Assembly: GCA_951406725.2 (NCBI GenBank) | Contig: OX597816.1 | Location: 26,164,001-26,228,000 of the forward strand | Direction: 5' to 3' | Length of the DNA stretch: 64,000 nucleotides | Source of the DNA: Octopus vulgaris | Taxonomy: Eukaryota | Part shown: in pieces, positions 1-13,025 of the stretch | Numbering within the stretch: the stretch's first letter is position 1 | Layout: every line of letters begins with the position of its first letter | The notes under the pieces: generated by a model | Told to the model about the DNA's origin: nothing | The model's input: only the letters and a program-made list of their open reading frames with translations | The model's database searches: none | Position numbers and translations under genes: made by a program

Positions 1-238
1 TAAACACACCAGCATCGGTTGTCAAGCGAGGTTGGGTGGACGAACACTGACACACAAACATATAAACGCACATACATATATATATATATACGACGGGCTT
101 CTTTCAGTTTCCGTCTACCAAATCCACTCACAAGGCTTTGGTCGGCCCGAGGCTATAGTAGAAGACACTTGCCCAAGATGACACGCAGTGAGAGTGAACC
201 CGGAACCATGTGGTTGGTAAGCAAGCTACTTACCACAC
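1..238 (-). mobile_element. tRNA-derived SINE family A (head, internal microsatellite, core, CR1-like tail), partial
   Basis: Reverse complement of the family head GTGTGGTAAGTAGCTTGCTTACCAACCACATGGTTCCGGGTTCA; cut off by the window start. Confidence 0.85.
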
Positions 239-263
239 ATATGTATGTATGTATGTATGTATG

Positions 264-564
264 TGTTGTGACGAGATTCACGGCATTCCCTGCGAGAATA
301 GACTTAACGAACGACTATAAATGGTAACGGTTTGAGTGAGAGTATTCTTTAGTGAGAGTATTCTTTAGTGAGAGTATTCTTTGAGTATTCTTTAATCGCA
401 AGAAGTCCTTAGGAGTCCTTTTGGTAGTTTGTTGGAATATCGTTTGTTGGTTCGTGTATAGTCCGTGAAGAGTTGCTGGAATGTTACGTTGTTGTTACCT
501 TGCTTTCTTATATGTTTTATTGTTACTGCTCAGCTATTATGTAAAAAAAAGTATCGTCGTAACA
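264..564 (+). repeat. 5' LTR
   Basis: TG...CA termini; aligns with 2445-2710; contains a short internal tandem GAGAGTATTCTTTAGT. Confidence 0.85.
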
Positions 565-844
565 ATTGGCGATACAACAATATTAGCGATGATGATTCGA
601 AGCTCACGAAGGTCAGTTAACAAATTTTTGTGTTACCAAGTTGTTAATGATGGAAAACCTACTAGCTTCTATAATACAGTTGCAAAGCAACAGCTCGAAC
701 AGTAACAGGAGTAGCAGAAACAACTACTACAGCAACAAGGAAAAAACAACAACAGCTATGTCTTAAGAAGTCCGGAAACACTATAAGTTCGTTTTCGCCA
801 AACGCGTATCGAACTCTATATCAGAATTCAGTTATGACCTCCCC

Positions 845-2330
845 CAACTAACATAGCGACATTACAAGTTTTTCTTGGCCTAGCGAATTATTATCGAAAT
901 TACATACCAGACATGTATGACTTGAGAGCTCCCTTTAATAATTTGCTAAAGAAAAACGCCAAAATGGAATTGGTTAAATAACTTTCAAAAGGCGTTTCAA
1001 GATATTAAAACATTAATTTCGGATTTGTCGATGACTCATTTCGATCCTGCAGCGGAGATTGCTGTAGCTTCTGATGCTTCTGAACGCAGCGTAGGGGCAG
1101 TTGTGCTACACAAATATAAAGACGGTAATATGAAGGCGGTGGTTCATGCTCCACGTTCTCTGATTGCGGCAAAAAAATTACAGTCAGACAGAGGAAGAAG
1201 CTCTAGCGAATATTTTTGCCGTGAAGAAATTTCACAGATTTCTCCACAGTAGAAGTTTTCGGCTTCAGACGGACCACCGACCGTTACTATCATTTTTCGG
1301 ATCGAAGAAAGGAATTCTTATCCATACAGCTGAGAGATTACAACGCTGAGGTACAATATTGTTAAATCACAACTTTAAGATGGAGTACATTCATTCTAAG
1401 AAGTTTGTCGTGCGGATTGTTTATCTAGGCTAATTCCGAAGAATGCGGAACTGCTGGAAGATAAGGTGATAGCCGCATTACAGACAGAAAAAGAAATTAA
1501 AACTTTTGTCATACAGGAGTTGGCAGTAACTGTAAAAGACAGAAATAAAAAGTAAATTAGCGGAGGACAAATATATCATAAAAATGAAGGAAATCTTGGA
1601 AAATAAACAAAAGAGAAACACGAACGGAACATTTTTCACTCTGTGATGATTCAGTTGGTAATACCAACTGCTGAACAGAAATGGATATTACACGAATTTC
1701 ATAATGGACACCCGGGGATGTCAAGAATGAAAGCTTTGATGAGGAGTTACATATATTGGCCGATAATGGACCGGGACACTGAAAAATTGGTGAAATCATG
1801 CAGAGGTTGTGCGCTAGCAGGCAAGGCACACCGGTGAAATACCAATCGTGGCCTGAGACTGATAGTCTGTGGTCCATGGTACATATAGACGACGCTGGAC
1901 AAGTGAAATGCGCTCACTACTTGACCATTATTGATAGCTTTACTAAGTGGCTGGAGTATGTAAGCATAGTCAACCATCCTTGAAGGCAACAATAAATTTC
2001 CTGTACGAACTTTTAGCTCGATAAGGTGTTCCGGACACTATAGTAAAGGACAATGGAACACAATTTAAAGGATACGAGTTCAAGAAATTCTGCAACATAC
2101 ACACAGTCAAGCACATATTGACCCCGCCCTACCACCTGAGCTCAAATGGGCAAGCAGAACAATTCGTAGATACATTCAAAGAAGCACTAAAAAATCAAAG
2201 AACGAGTTAAGAAATGACGGAGCGCTAGGTAGATTCTTAAGGGCGTACAGAATAACGCTCAATCCGAATACCAGTTCAGGCAAGTCCTGCAGAGTTATTG
2301 ATATCTCGAAATATTAAATCGATCTTCGAC
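845..2330 (+). pseudogene. Gypsy pol remnant: RT connection, RNase H, integrase (frameshifted, with stops)
   Basis: FLGLANYYRNYIP; ASDAS..SVGAV; NYSQTEEEALA..FAVKKFH..QTDHRPL; H..HPG...C..C zinc finger; VHID..G, IIDSFTKW, DNGTQF, PPYH..SNGQAE. Confidence 0.9.
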
Positions 2331-2444
2331 AAAGAGTCTAAACTCCCTGGGGAAGCAAAATTTCAAAAAGGGAGAGGTTCGGAGAAAAAGAAAAAAAATA
2401 GTAATAAAATATTCAACGGAAGTCGAAATCTCAAAAGGGGAAGA

Positions 2445-2710
2445 CGTTGTGGCCATATTCTTTTCCCTTGCGAGAATAGACTTGACCGCACGATTATAAA
2501 TAGAAGCGGTCTGTGTGAGATAGAGCGAGAGTGGACGTTAATCGCAGGATGTTGTAAGGTGTCGTTTTGGTAGTTTGTCGGAATATCGTTTGTTGGTTCG
2601 TGTATAGTCCGTGAAGGGTTTGTTGGATTGTTACATTGTTGTTATCCTGCTTTCTTATATGTTTAATTGTTACTGCCACAGCTATTGTGTAAAAATGGGT
2701 CGTCGTAACA
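2445..2710 (+). repeat. 3' LTR
   Basis: Follows the PPT; shares long blocks with the 5' LTR, e.g. GGAATATCGTTTGTTGGTTCGTGTATAGTCCGTGAAG. Confidence 0.85.
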
Positions 2711-2761
2711 ATTGGCGATACAGCAGTGCGTGCGTGTGTGCGTGTGTGTGTATGTGTGTGT

Positions 2762-2803
<42 letters not shown>

Positions 2804-3660
2804 TTTTGCGAATGGGTGTTTCTATGAATATTCCATATATCTTTATTTTGCCTGCAATTTTATTAAGAACTTTCTCATTATTACTTTAATCTTTTTAAGA
2901 AGATATTAAAAACCATATTTTAAACTTTGCCTCGGCATCGACAGTCTATTATGCCAAGAGCCAATGCGCAATTGTCATTCCTTGCTTTACATCTTCGAGG
3001 TGAAATTAAAATTACAAAAATAACACTCACGACATGATGTCACAGACAGATCAAAGCATTAATAAAACAATAAATGGATTAACAAGATTATTATTTATCA
3101 TTAGTATAAGGCTAAACGGAATTGTACCAGAATGAGTCAAAAGTCTTTTTCAAACTTTCAACCTAAAATTAATTATTCAGACAAATTACATACGAAAAAG
3201 ATTTATAGATATAGAGACAGATATTTGTTTTTGTCTGTTCCTCAACATCCACCCGTTCCTTGAATATTAGACTGCACACGTTGCGCTTCGTACTAGACTT
3301 CATTAAATGCATAATTACTAACTTCAATTTCTTCGACTGAGATATTTCAAGGCGGTGGTGCCGCATGGTTGTCATCCAAAAACTGAAAACAAATGAAAGA
3401 TTAAAAATAGACACATGGTTTAGTCGATACTCTATCGACTCGAACGCTTATACTCTTTCTGGTGTTCAGTTAGGTTTCTTTACATTGTGATTTCGAATCC
3501 CTCCAAAGACATCTTTGTTTTACGTCCGTCCGACGTCGATGAATTAAGTGTGAGTGTACTAGAAGTATTGATACAACCGATTAATCCTCTACCTCGTGTG
3601 TAATGTTCGATGCCTATGTTAGATATCGATATGAATAGAACAATTTATAATCGGCTAATA

Positions 3661-4150
<490 letters not shown>

Positions 4151-5837
4151 TAAATAATTTGCTAATTTACATAAATCCGATTTCATTTTCGTTTTCAAGT
4201 GCAGTTGCTTAAGCTTTCATTCGCAAATCCGAAATTCGAAAGCATCTAATATTCGAAATTCTTTACACTGCGAGAAGGGCCACTAATGGAAAATTCTTGA
4301 AAAACTCGGAAAGGATTTCTAGAGTTAAAATAAGGTGTCTTGTCAGTGAGCATAAAGGAAAAAGTGTAAACTCAGAATGAGGTGAAGTGATTTAATATGC
4401 TTCACAATTTGATGCCGAAGCGAAACCAGACAAATTTGGTTTGATAAGAAACGAAACTGTTCGCAAGTAAAACGGTCACATTTGAGACAGTAGACTAACG
4501 AGTACAATCATATTCAATGTGCATATGTGTGTATACGTAGATACATATATATATACATAATGCACCCTTTATTCCTTCGGAATTAAGAATATGCAGTCTT
4601 CGAAACATATGTCGAAAATAAAGGAATTTTATTAAATCGTCGTTCGACTCCATTCTTTCATTTATCTATATACATACGTATATATATAATTATAGTTAAA
4701 TGGATAATGTGTTTAGACTGTATTCCGTTGTTAGAATATTTAGATGTCAGTTGGTTTCCATGATATGCGATATCTAATTACCATAAATTAAAGCCAACGA
4801 AAATTATCTGTAATTAATATAGACGTCTTTGTACACAGACTAGTGAACAATGACAGTTTATCCTCAGAGTTAGCAACCTCGATGACGAAACGATTATTAC
4901 CTTTCGTTAATTTGATGCACTTGAAAATTATACCAGTTATTTATGGATTTGAATAATCTGAGTATGGTCTGTTGCTTCGAAATACTCAACCTTCATCCTC
5001 AAATTAATTTAAAACAATTAATTCTTTATAGTTATTAGTATGCTTGAATACACACTGAACATAAACCAACCAGGTTAACCACAGGTTATATAAAGATTAT
5101 CAGGTTTACGAAGGTTTCTAATTGACAATAAGGACGATGTTACATAAGTCACCTGGGGCGTTGGAGCCTGGCACATACTAGAATGTCGTAGTGTGTTTGT
5201 CCTTTAATAACTATTCTGGCAACAGGTAGAATGATACTACTAAGGTTTAATTTGTCTCCTATGCATCAATATGTTTCGATAGTTGGTCGAAACACCACGG
5301 TTCGTCCAAGTTCTCTTCAACAGATGAATCGCGTTTTATAAACACACAACATCTAACGAGAAGACTTGATCTCCGATGGCGAAATACAACAGATAATCAG
5401 ATAATCACGAATGGATACATTTTGGTTGGATTCCCGTTATTCTGCGTGCATTTCTTTGCAGTTATCAACATGCATCTGGAAATAATTGCTGAAAAAGTAC
5501 CCAATAAATTCGAAACGGCGCAGCATCTCAGAGTTCCCTTACACCGGTGACTCACGTGTTATGAACAAACATCATGCAAAGGGATTAGATATTCTCCGAT
5601 GACGAAAGCCAACAACGATCAGCTATTTCTGGCTTGAGACCGCCATAATGTATTAAGGATGACTTGATGTGTTATTGTTTTACGACTTATGATATTTTCC
5701 TTGTTAGGAGCAGACGCACTCAGCTATGAACTCCCAAACAATCATTTCACTGCAATCAAAATGTCTTCATTAATATCCTTCCTTTATTAGCCAAACAAAC
5801 ATCAGTTTTGACCTGCTCAACATGTAATCTACTTATA

Positions 5838-6070
5838 TATTTCTTTACTACCCACAAGGGGCTAAACACAGAGAGGACAAACAAGGACAGACAAACGGAT
5901 TAAGTCGATTACATCGACCCCAGTGTGTAACTGATACTTAATTTATCGACCCCGAAAGGATGAAAGGCTAAGTCGACCTCGGTGGAATTTGAACTCAGCA
6001 CGTAACGGCAGACGAAATACCGCTAAGCATTTCACCCGGCGTGCTAACGTTTCTGCCAGTTCGCCGCCGT
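5838..6070 (-). mobile_element. SINE family D (Nin-domain-like core) with 16-bp TSD
   Basis: Core GCCTTTCATCCTTTCGGGGTCGATAAATTAAGTA resembles the Nin SINE domain; TSD ATGTAATCTACTTATA at 5822-5837 and 6074-6089. Confidence 0.88.
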
Positions 6071-7224
6071 CAAATGTAATCTACTTATAATAATTGAATC
6101 TTTCTTCCATACGATGTGATTCCTCATTTCTGGTACCGAGTGGTGGACTGAAAATGGTCGCATAATTATTTGTATTTATTCTCTTCCTCCGAAATACAAT
6201 TTGGTTAATTTTATTTGATAAGCTGCTTTATTTGACATAGTTTTCGTTCAGTCAAACAAAAACATTTGGTTTTGATGATTCTTTCCCTCTGGCACACCAT
6301 GAAGAGTAGACTCTTTCTACTCCTCACACTTTGCTTCATCATACGAACTCAATATATTATTTGGTCAACGACATTCTCAACGCCTTCTATCTGCCCGCCC
6401 CACCAAATAATAAATTCCAGTGTTTTTATGTGTACTAATTCTCTAAGTACGTGGTTTTCTTCGGCAAACATAAATATTCAACATGGCTATATTTTCGCTT
6501 TCATTCTTTTCATTGGGCTACTTCGTCGAGTTTCGAATATTATCCAACACGTTTTATTTCATTCATGATACGAATTTAATGCATATTTTCGTCAGCAAAA
6601 ACCATTTTCTTTTTGTATATGTCTGCTTTACTGGGCATAACTTCCACGCTGTCAAACTAGAATTTCCATATTAATGTTATTTTACTGTGATATTTTATTG
6701 ACTAAATTAGTCATCCGTTCGCGTCTTACGCCTTACATTCTTCGCTTCAAGTGGAGTGTGTGGGAATATGATTTGGCGAACACAGCCAAGATAGCGAAGA
6801 ATAAGGTCACATACTGGATCGAAGGTTAAGTTTGTGTGAGGGCAAGTACATAAAATGAACGTCCTTCCGTAGTTCTCAGAAAATACCCCGAAATAAATGA
6901 ACAAAAAATAAAATATTCAAAAATAAAGGCAGAAAAAACTCGGCTACTCGCATCTTAGGAAATGGGTAAGAAATGTGTAGGTGGGAGGAAGAGAGAGTGA
7001 GAGTATGAGGGAGACTAAATTGAATACATTTCTGGCGGATGTTGAATAAGAAGAAAAAGGTGGAGTATATTGCAAGCTGCAGGGGTTAAGTTTAACAAGG
7101 GTAACATCCTTTCCTATTTAATCGAGAGTGGTCATGAGGCTTATGATGATGACGGGATCGATAATGACATGCGATGCACCAACAGCGTCAGCGATGTCGG
7201 CAACGTCAACGACAACAAAGATAC

Positions 7225-7396
7225 ATACATATGAGAGGGATGGCCACTATGTGGACAACCCTTATGCTAGAAGTAGATCCGCTATGGTCTTACCACTAAG
7301 AAATGTTCGCAAGAAAATTTCTTAGTGGTAAGCCCATAGCCGATCTACTTCTAGCATAAGGGTTGTCCACATAGTGGTCATACCTCTCATATGTAT
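7225..7396. repeat. Near-perfect 172-bp fold-back palindrome
   Basis: About 84-bp stem with four mismatches and one G-T pair; GCAA loop at 7309-7312. Confidence 0.95.
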
Positions 7397-7399
7397 AAG

Positions 7400-7511
<112 letters not shown>

Positions 7512-7834
7512 CGAATTCCAAGTGGTTACGGTGATGCACTCGCAATTGTGAGGTCATGGTTTCGATACTTGAACCAGCCAGTACATCGTGTTCTTGAGCA
7601 AAGCACTGCTTCTCCTATTGATCTGCTATCACTTCGACATGACGCGTGGTACACCATGAGCACCTCTTCAGGCAACATTCATTTGATGAACGGAGTGCTC
7701 TAATGTACAACACATACATTTTATAGCTACAAACAAATTATTTGTGCAAGTTGTTTAGCACGAAATTGCAGAACCATCGTTTTCGGACTACGAAAGACTA
7801 CCATGAACGTGTGTGTATACGTGTATGCTTGTAT

Positions 7835-8264
7835 ACTCTCTCTTTACTCTCTTTTACTCTCTTTTACTTGTTTCAGTCATTTGACTGCGGCCATGCTGGA
7901 GCACCACCTTTAGTCGAGCAAATTGACCCCGGGACTTATTCTTTGTAAGCCCAGTACTTATTCTATCGGTCTCTTTTGCCGAACCGCTAAGTGACGGGGA
8001 CGTAAACACACCAGCATCGGTTGTCAAGCAATGCTAGGGGGACAAACACAGATACACAAACATATACACACACACTTATATATATATATATACATATATA
8101 CGACAGGCTTCTTTCAGTTTCCGTCTACCAAATCCACTCACAAGGCATTGGTCGGCCCGGGGCTATAGCAGAAGACATTTGCCCAAGATGCCACGCAGTG
8201 GGACTGAACCCGGAACCATGTGGTTGGTTAGCAAGCTACTTACCACACAGCCACTCCTGCGCCT
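7835..8264 (-). mobile_element. SINE family A, full length
   Basis: Reverse-complement match to 26965-27386. Confidence 0.9.
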
Positions 8265-9181
8265 ATATGGTAAAATTTTGGTATAATATTTTGGTATAAT
8301 CTTTTCTGTTCCCACATAACTACTATTGCAACCAGAAAAATAATACGGCTTATAATTGTTTTCGGTTTCATTAACTCGATTACGAACGAAAACTGCAATT
8401 GCTTGAAGCAACGAAATATGTAAGCCACAGAAGTTTTTATTACACAAGCATTTACATGTCACTCTGAGTGTGAGCGCGTATATGCATACATATTGTGCGT
8501 GGCGCGTAAGTGTATACATATTGTGTGTATGTGTGAATGTAACATTGAATTACAAATTAGGATTGATAGATATAGCTTAACGAATGCAGTAATGAGTGGA
8601 AAATGATTCAACTCTAATTATATTATTTATTAGATTTATTTTTGTATTTATTCCCGTTTAGCATGTGTAAGCGCATGCGTCTGTTTGTGTCTGTGTGTGT
8701 GTGTGTATGCGGGCATGTATCTGTGTGTGTAATTGTGTGTGTGAGTGTGTGTTTTTCTGCTAGATCAATCTTACTGTTGTAAATTACATGCAAACCCGCA
8801 CAACCTGTCGCATATTCAGGCCGTCAGCGACCACACCTGGAGCGCTAAAGAGACTGCTTGATAATGAGGGTAGTCTTCGTTGGACACCCTGCAGGATAAA
8901 AAACAAAACCTGTCAAAATACAGATGGACTCGAAGTCAATGGCCTTCCAGCAGGTGTGTGAGAGAGCTCTAATTTTTGTTTAGACATCTCCCTAGGTTTT
9001 CAGGGGAAGAGAAATATCGGTAAAAAGGTGCAAGCTGCCCTAAGGCAAAGAAGGTTCAGACATGTCTGAAGGAAGATATCCGCGGATTCGAAGTCAGAAC
9101 ATTATTATTACTAATTCTCTCCCCCAATTTTCAGATCCTAGTTACTATATTCTTAATACTTGATATAATGCAAAAATATCA

Positions 9182-9490
9182 CAGGAGTGGCTGTGTGGTA
9201 AGTAGGTTGCTTACCAACCACATGGCATCTTGGGCAAGTATCTTCTACTATAGCCTCGGGCCGACCAAAGTCTTGTGAGTGGATTTGGTAGACGGAAACT
9301 GAAAGAAGCCCGCCGTGTATATATATAAGTATATATATTTTTATGTGTGTGTGTGTGTGTCTTTGTGTCTGTGTTTGTCCCCCACCATCGCTCGACAAGC
9401 AATGTTGGGGTGTTTATATCCCTGAAAATTAGCGGTTCGGCAAAAGAGACCGATAGAATAAGTACCATGACTGAAATGCGTAAAAGAGTA
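9182..9490 (+). mobile_element. SINE family A, with internal deletions
   Basis: Head and core match; parts of the B-box region and tail are missing. Confidence 0.85.
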
Positions 9491-9492
9491 AG

Positions 9493-9534
<42 letters not shown>

Positions 9535-9539
<5 letters not shown>

Positions 9540-10067
9540 ATGTATTTGGGGATGGTCATGTTGCCAGTTTAGCCGATAAATACACACGCACTATATATTT
9601 GGTATTCATTTGCTCCAGCTTTATTTTATATTAAACGTATTTCGACTGTGAATAAATAAGTAGGTATAAACAAATGAACAAAATAAATAAAAACAAATTA
9701 AACGAACGTATATAAACAGAGTATACTGATAATACAGGCACATTCCCACACACACGCACACTTACTAAACATGGACACACACAGGGGTATACGAATGCGT
9801 AAATAAAGACAAATACAATAGGAATACAAAATGGCTGATCATTTGTAAGGAAAGACACACAAAAGAAATAAGAAAGCAAAGGACCACTGATGAGGTCACA
9901 GAAATGTGACGAAAGAACTCTGGCCGAAAAATGATTTATATAAAATATAGCTGAGGCGTGTGTTTTTATTGGCGAAACTGGCAACATGACCATTCCCAAA
10001 TACAACAATATCAATTTCAACACACGAATTCACATCAAGAATCTGGCAAAGCAAATATATAAACGTA

Positions 10068-10072
<5 letters not shown>
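9535..10072 (+). mobile_element. Penelope-like terminal-repeat fragment with inverted 5' segment, inserted in (TA)n
   Basis: About 9541-9600 is an inverted copy of about 9942-10005; contains the hammerhead at 9884 and ORF start MTIPKYNNINFNTRIH at 9986. Confidence 0.7.
9884..9923 (+). ncRNA. Type I hammerhead ribozyme
   Basis: CCA-CTGATGA-G-GTCACA(GAAA)TGTGAC-GAAA-GAAC-TC-TGG; predicted cleavage after 9920. Confidence 0.85.
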
Positions 10073-10109
<37 letters not shown>

Positions 10110-10112
<3 letters not shown>

Positions 10113-10340
10113 TCTTTTACTCTTTTATGTGTTTCAGTCATTTGACTGTGGCCATGCTGGAGCACCGCCTTTAGTCGAGAAAATCGACACCAGGACTTAT
10201 TATTTGTAAGCCTGGTAGTTATTCTATCGCTCTCTTTTTACCGAACCGCTATGTTACGGGAACGTAAACACACCAGCATCTGTTGTCAAGCGATGTTGGT
10301 GGGACAAACACAGCCACACAAACATATACATACATACATG

Positions 10341-10397
<57 letters not shown>

Positions 10398-10533
10398 GAC
10401 GGGCTTCTTTCTGTTTCCGTCTACCAAATCCACTCACAAGTCTTTGGTCGGCCTGAGGCTATAGTAGAAGACACTTGCTCAAGATGCCACGCAGTGGGAC
10501 TGAACCCGGAATCATGAGGTTCGTAAGCAAGCT
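10110..10533 (-). mobile_element. SINE family A
   Basis: Reverse-complement match to the family consensus. Confidence 0.9.
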
Positions 10534-10537
10534 ATAC

Positions 10538-10674
<137 letters not shown>

Positions 10675-11589
10675 TGCGTTATTCACACATAAGCAAACGT
10701 TGTTACTTTCATGCTCACATACGCAAAATTTAATGTACATAAATATATACATTTGCTTTTGTTCATTTATTCACAAACACAAATATAATTTATATCACCT
10801 TCAGGCTGATAATGGTTTTGAGATTTTATCAAGTTTCAATAGCCAAGAAGATTGGTGCCTCTTGTCTAAATTTCTGGTGCCATGCTTACATAATTTGTCT
10901 CTGTTGCTAATAACAACGGCTTTTTAGCCTCCGGTTTCGTCTAAGCTTTGCCACGTCTATGCATCTATCTTCATTGTACAATCATCCGCTAGAAAAATTA
11001 TCCTTTGATATATATATTCTTTCATAATTGTTTTATATGCTTGTAAGTACGTGACTGTATATGTCTGCTGACAAATATATATATGTTTATATATATGAAT
11101 ATATATGCGTGTGTAAATGTGTGTGTGTATGCGGATATGTAAGCATGCATTTATGTGTGTATCCTTTTTGTGTCCCAAGGGACAAACAAACAGCGTGAAT
11201 GAGAGAGAAATAGAATACATATGATACTAATAGTTATAATTCTTGTTTCGATGCGCAGAGGTGAGTCTGACGTAGAGGTGGTAGATATGATTACGGTGGG
11301 GATAGTTCTGGGATGCAAAAAATAAGTTTGTGGGTTTTTCTTTCAGTGTGTGTGTGTGTGTGTGTGATTGTGTGTGTGTCTGTGTGTGTGTGTCTGTGTC
11401 TTTATGACAATGTGCAGTATCTACATCAGATGATGTTGTTGGCGTTTAATTTAGCAAATAACCTACATCTTACATGTGGTAAGCATACATGGTCCCAGAC
11501 GTCAAAACATCAACATCAAAACCAAAACCAGGCCGCAAAAAATAACTATTAATTGTAAATTATTAACAGTAGACGGGGTTACATCTGTG

Positions 11590-11650
<61 letters not shown>

Positions 11651-11771
11651 TTCTCTCTATCTTTCTCTCTCCCTCTCTCTCTATATATATATTCACGCAC
11701 ATACATATGCATACACACATATGTATATATATACATACACACATATGTATACATATGCATATATATATACT

Positions 11772-11821
<50 letters not shown>

Positions 11822-11881
11822 TTTATATGGATTGATGTATATATAAATGCATGTATTTCTACAAATGTATCCATGTATGTA

Positions 11882-11914
<33 letters not shown>

Positions 11915-11977
11915 GTATTTATATGTTATATATATATATATATATATATATGCATATGTATAAGTATGTATGTATGA

Positions 11978-12022
<45 letters not shown>

Positions 12023-12584
12023 TACATGCATGTATATTTTTATACAGATTGATGTATATAGGAGTGCATGCATTTATACCAATGTATGTATGTATGTATG
12101 TATATATATATATCTGTGACCTGGTAACTGACACAATTTCACTACATCTCAATGTAGCTAGAATGGAATTCTGTCAGTGACCAGGTCGTAGAAGTGGGTT
12201 ATAAAATTTTGACATTACACAATAGACAGTACTATTAAGACCTAAACGAGTACTAAATATAACTGTTGCTGATTGTATGCTTAAATGTCTAAAAATATAA
12301 CATATAACGTGATTATGCAACAAATATGCTTCGCTCAACAAAAGAAATGAAATTGTATCACGTTACAGTCATCAGAATAAAGTAATTTGCGAAAATTGGT
12401 TCGAACTAAAAGCAGGTTAAACGTTCGAGGATTTAGCTACAGGCGAAATTAATTGTGGAATTACATAAAGCCCAGATCCAATGAAACAAATGAGTTAACC
12501 AAGTCATTAACCCAAGGAGAAGAATGGCAATTTACATATATTAAAACCTCCTCCTCCTCCTCATTATCATCATAATCATCATCA

Positions 12585-12706
<122 letters not shown>

Positions 12707-12716
12707 AAATGAGTGA

Positions 12717-13025
12717 AGGCGCAAAGCACAGTAGTTAGAGCATCGGGCTCAAAATCATGAGTTAATGAGTTCGATTCCTGCACCGGGCTATGTATTGTGA
12801 GCTTGAGCAAGCCACTTTATTTCAAATTGCTTCAGTTCATTTAACTGTAGAAATGAGTTGTGATGTAACTGGTGGCAAGCTGTAACAGACTTTGCCTTTC
12901 CCTTAGTTAAAATCAGTGGCATAGAGAGAAGAGGCTGGTATGTTGGTCTTCAATAAACAACTTTGTCCGGACTTGTGCTTCAGAAGGTAAATTTCTAGGT
13001 GAAATCTCATGGATATTCATGACCT
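12717..13025 (+). mobile_element. SINE family B
   Basis: Colinear with 23719-24052. Confidence 0.85.

Larger units (their letters stand above)
264..2710 (+). mobile_element. Ty3/Gypsy (Mag/K02A2.6-like) LTR retrotransposon, internally deleted and degenerate
   Basis: Two homologous LTRs (264-564 TGTTGTG...TAACA; 2445-2710 CGTTGTG...TAACA), PBS-like TGGCGA after the 5' LTR, polypurine tract AAAAGGGGAAGA at 2433-2444, pol remnants between them. Confidence 0.9.

Noticed and set aside
6100-6900. Possible minus-strand LINE endonuclease remnant
   Set aside because: Too degenerate to support by eye.
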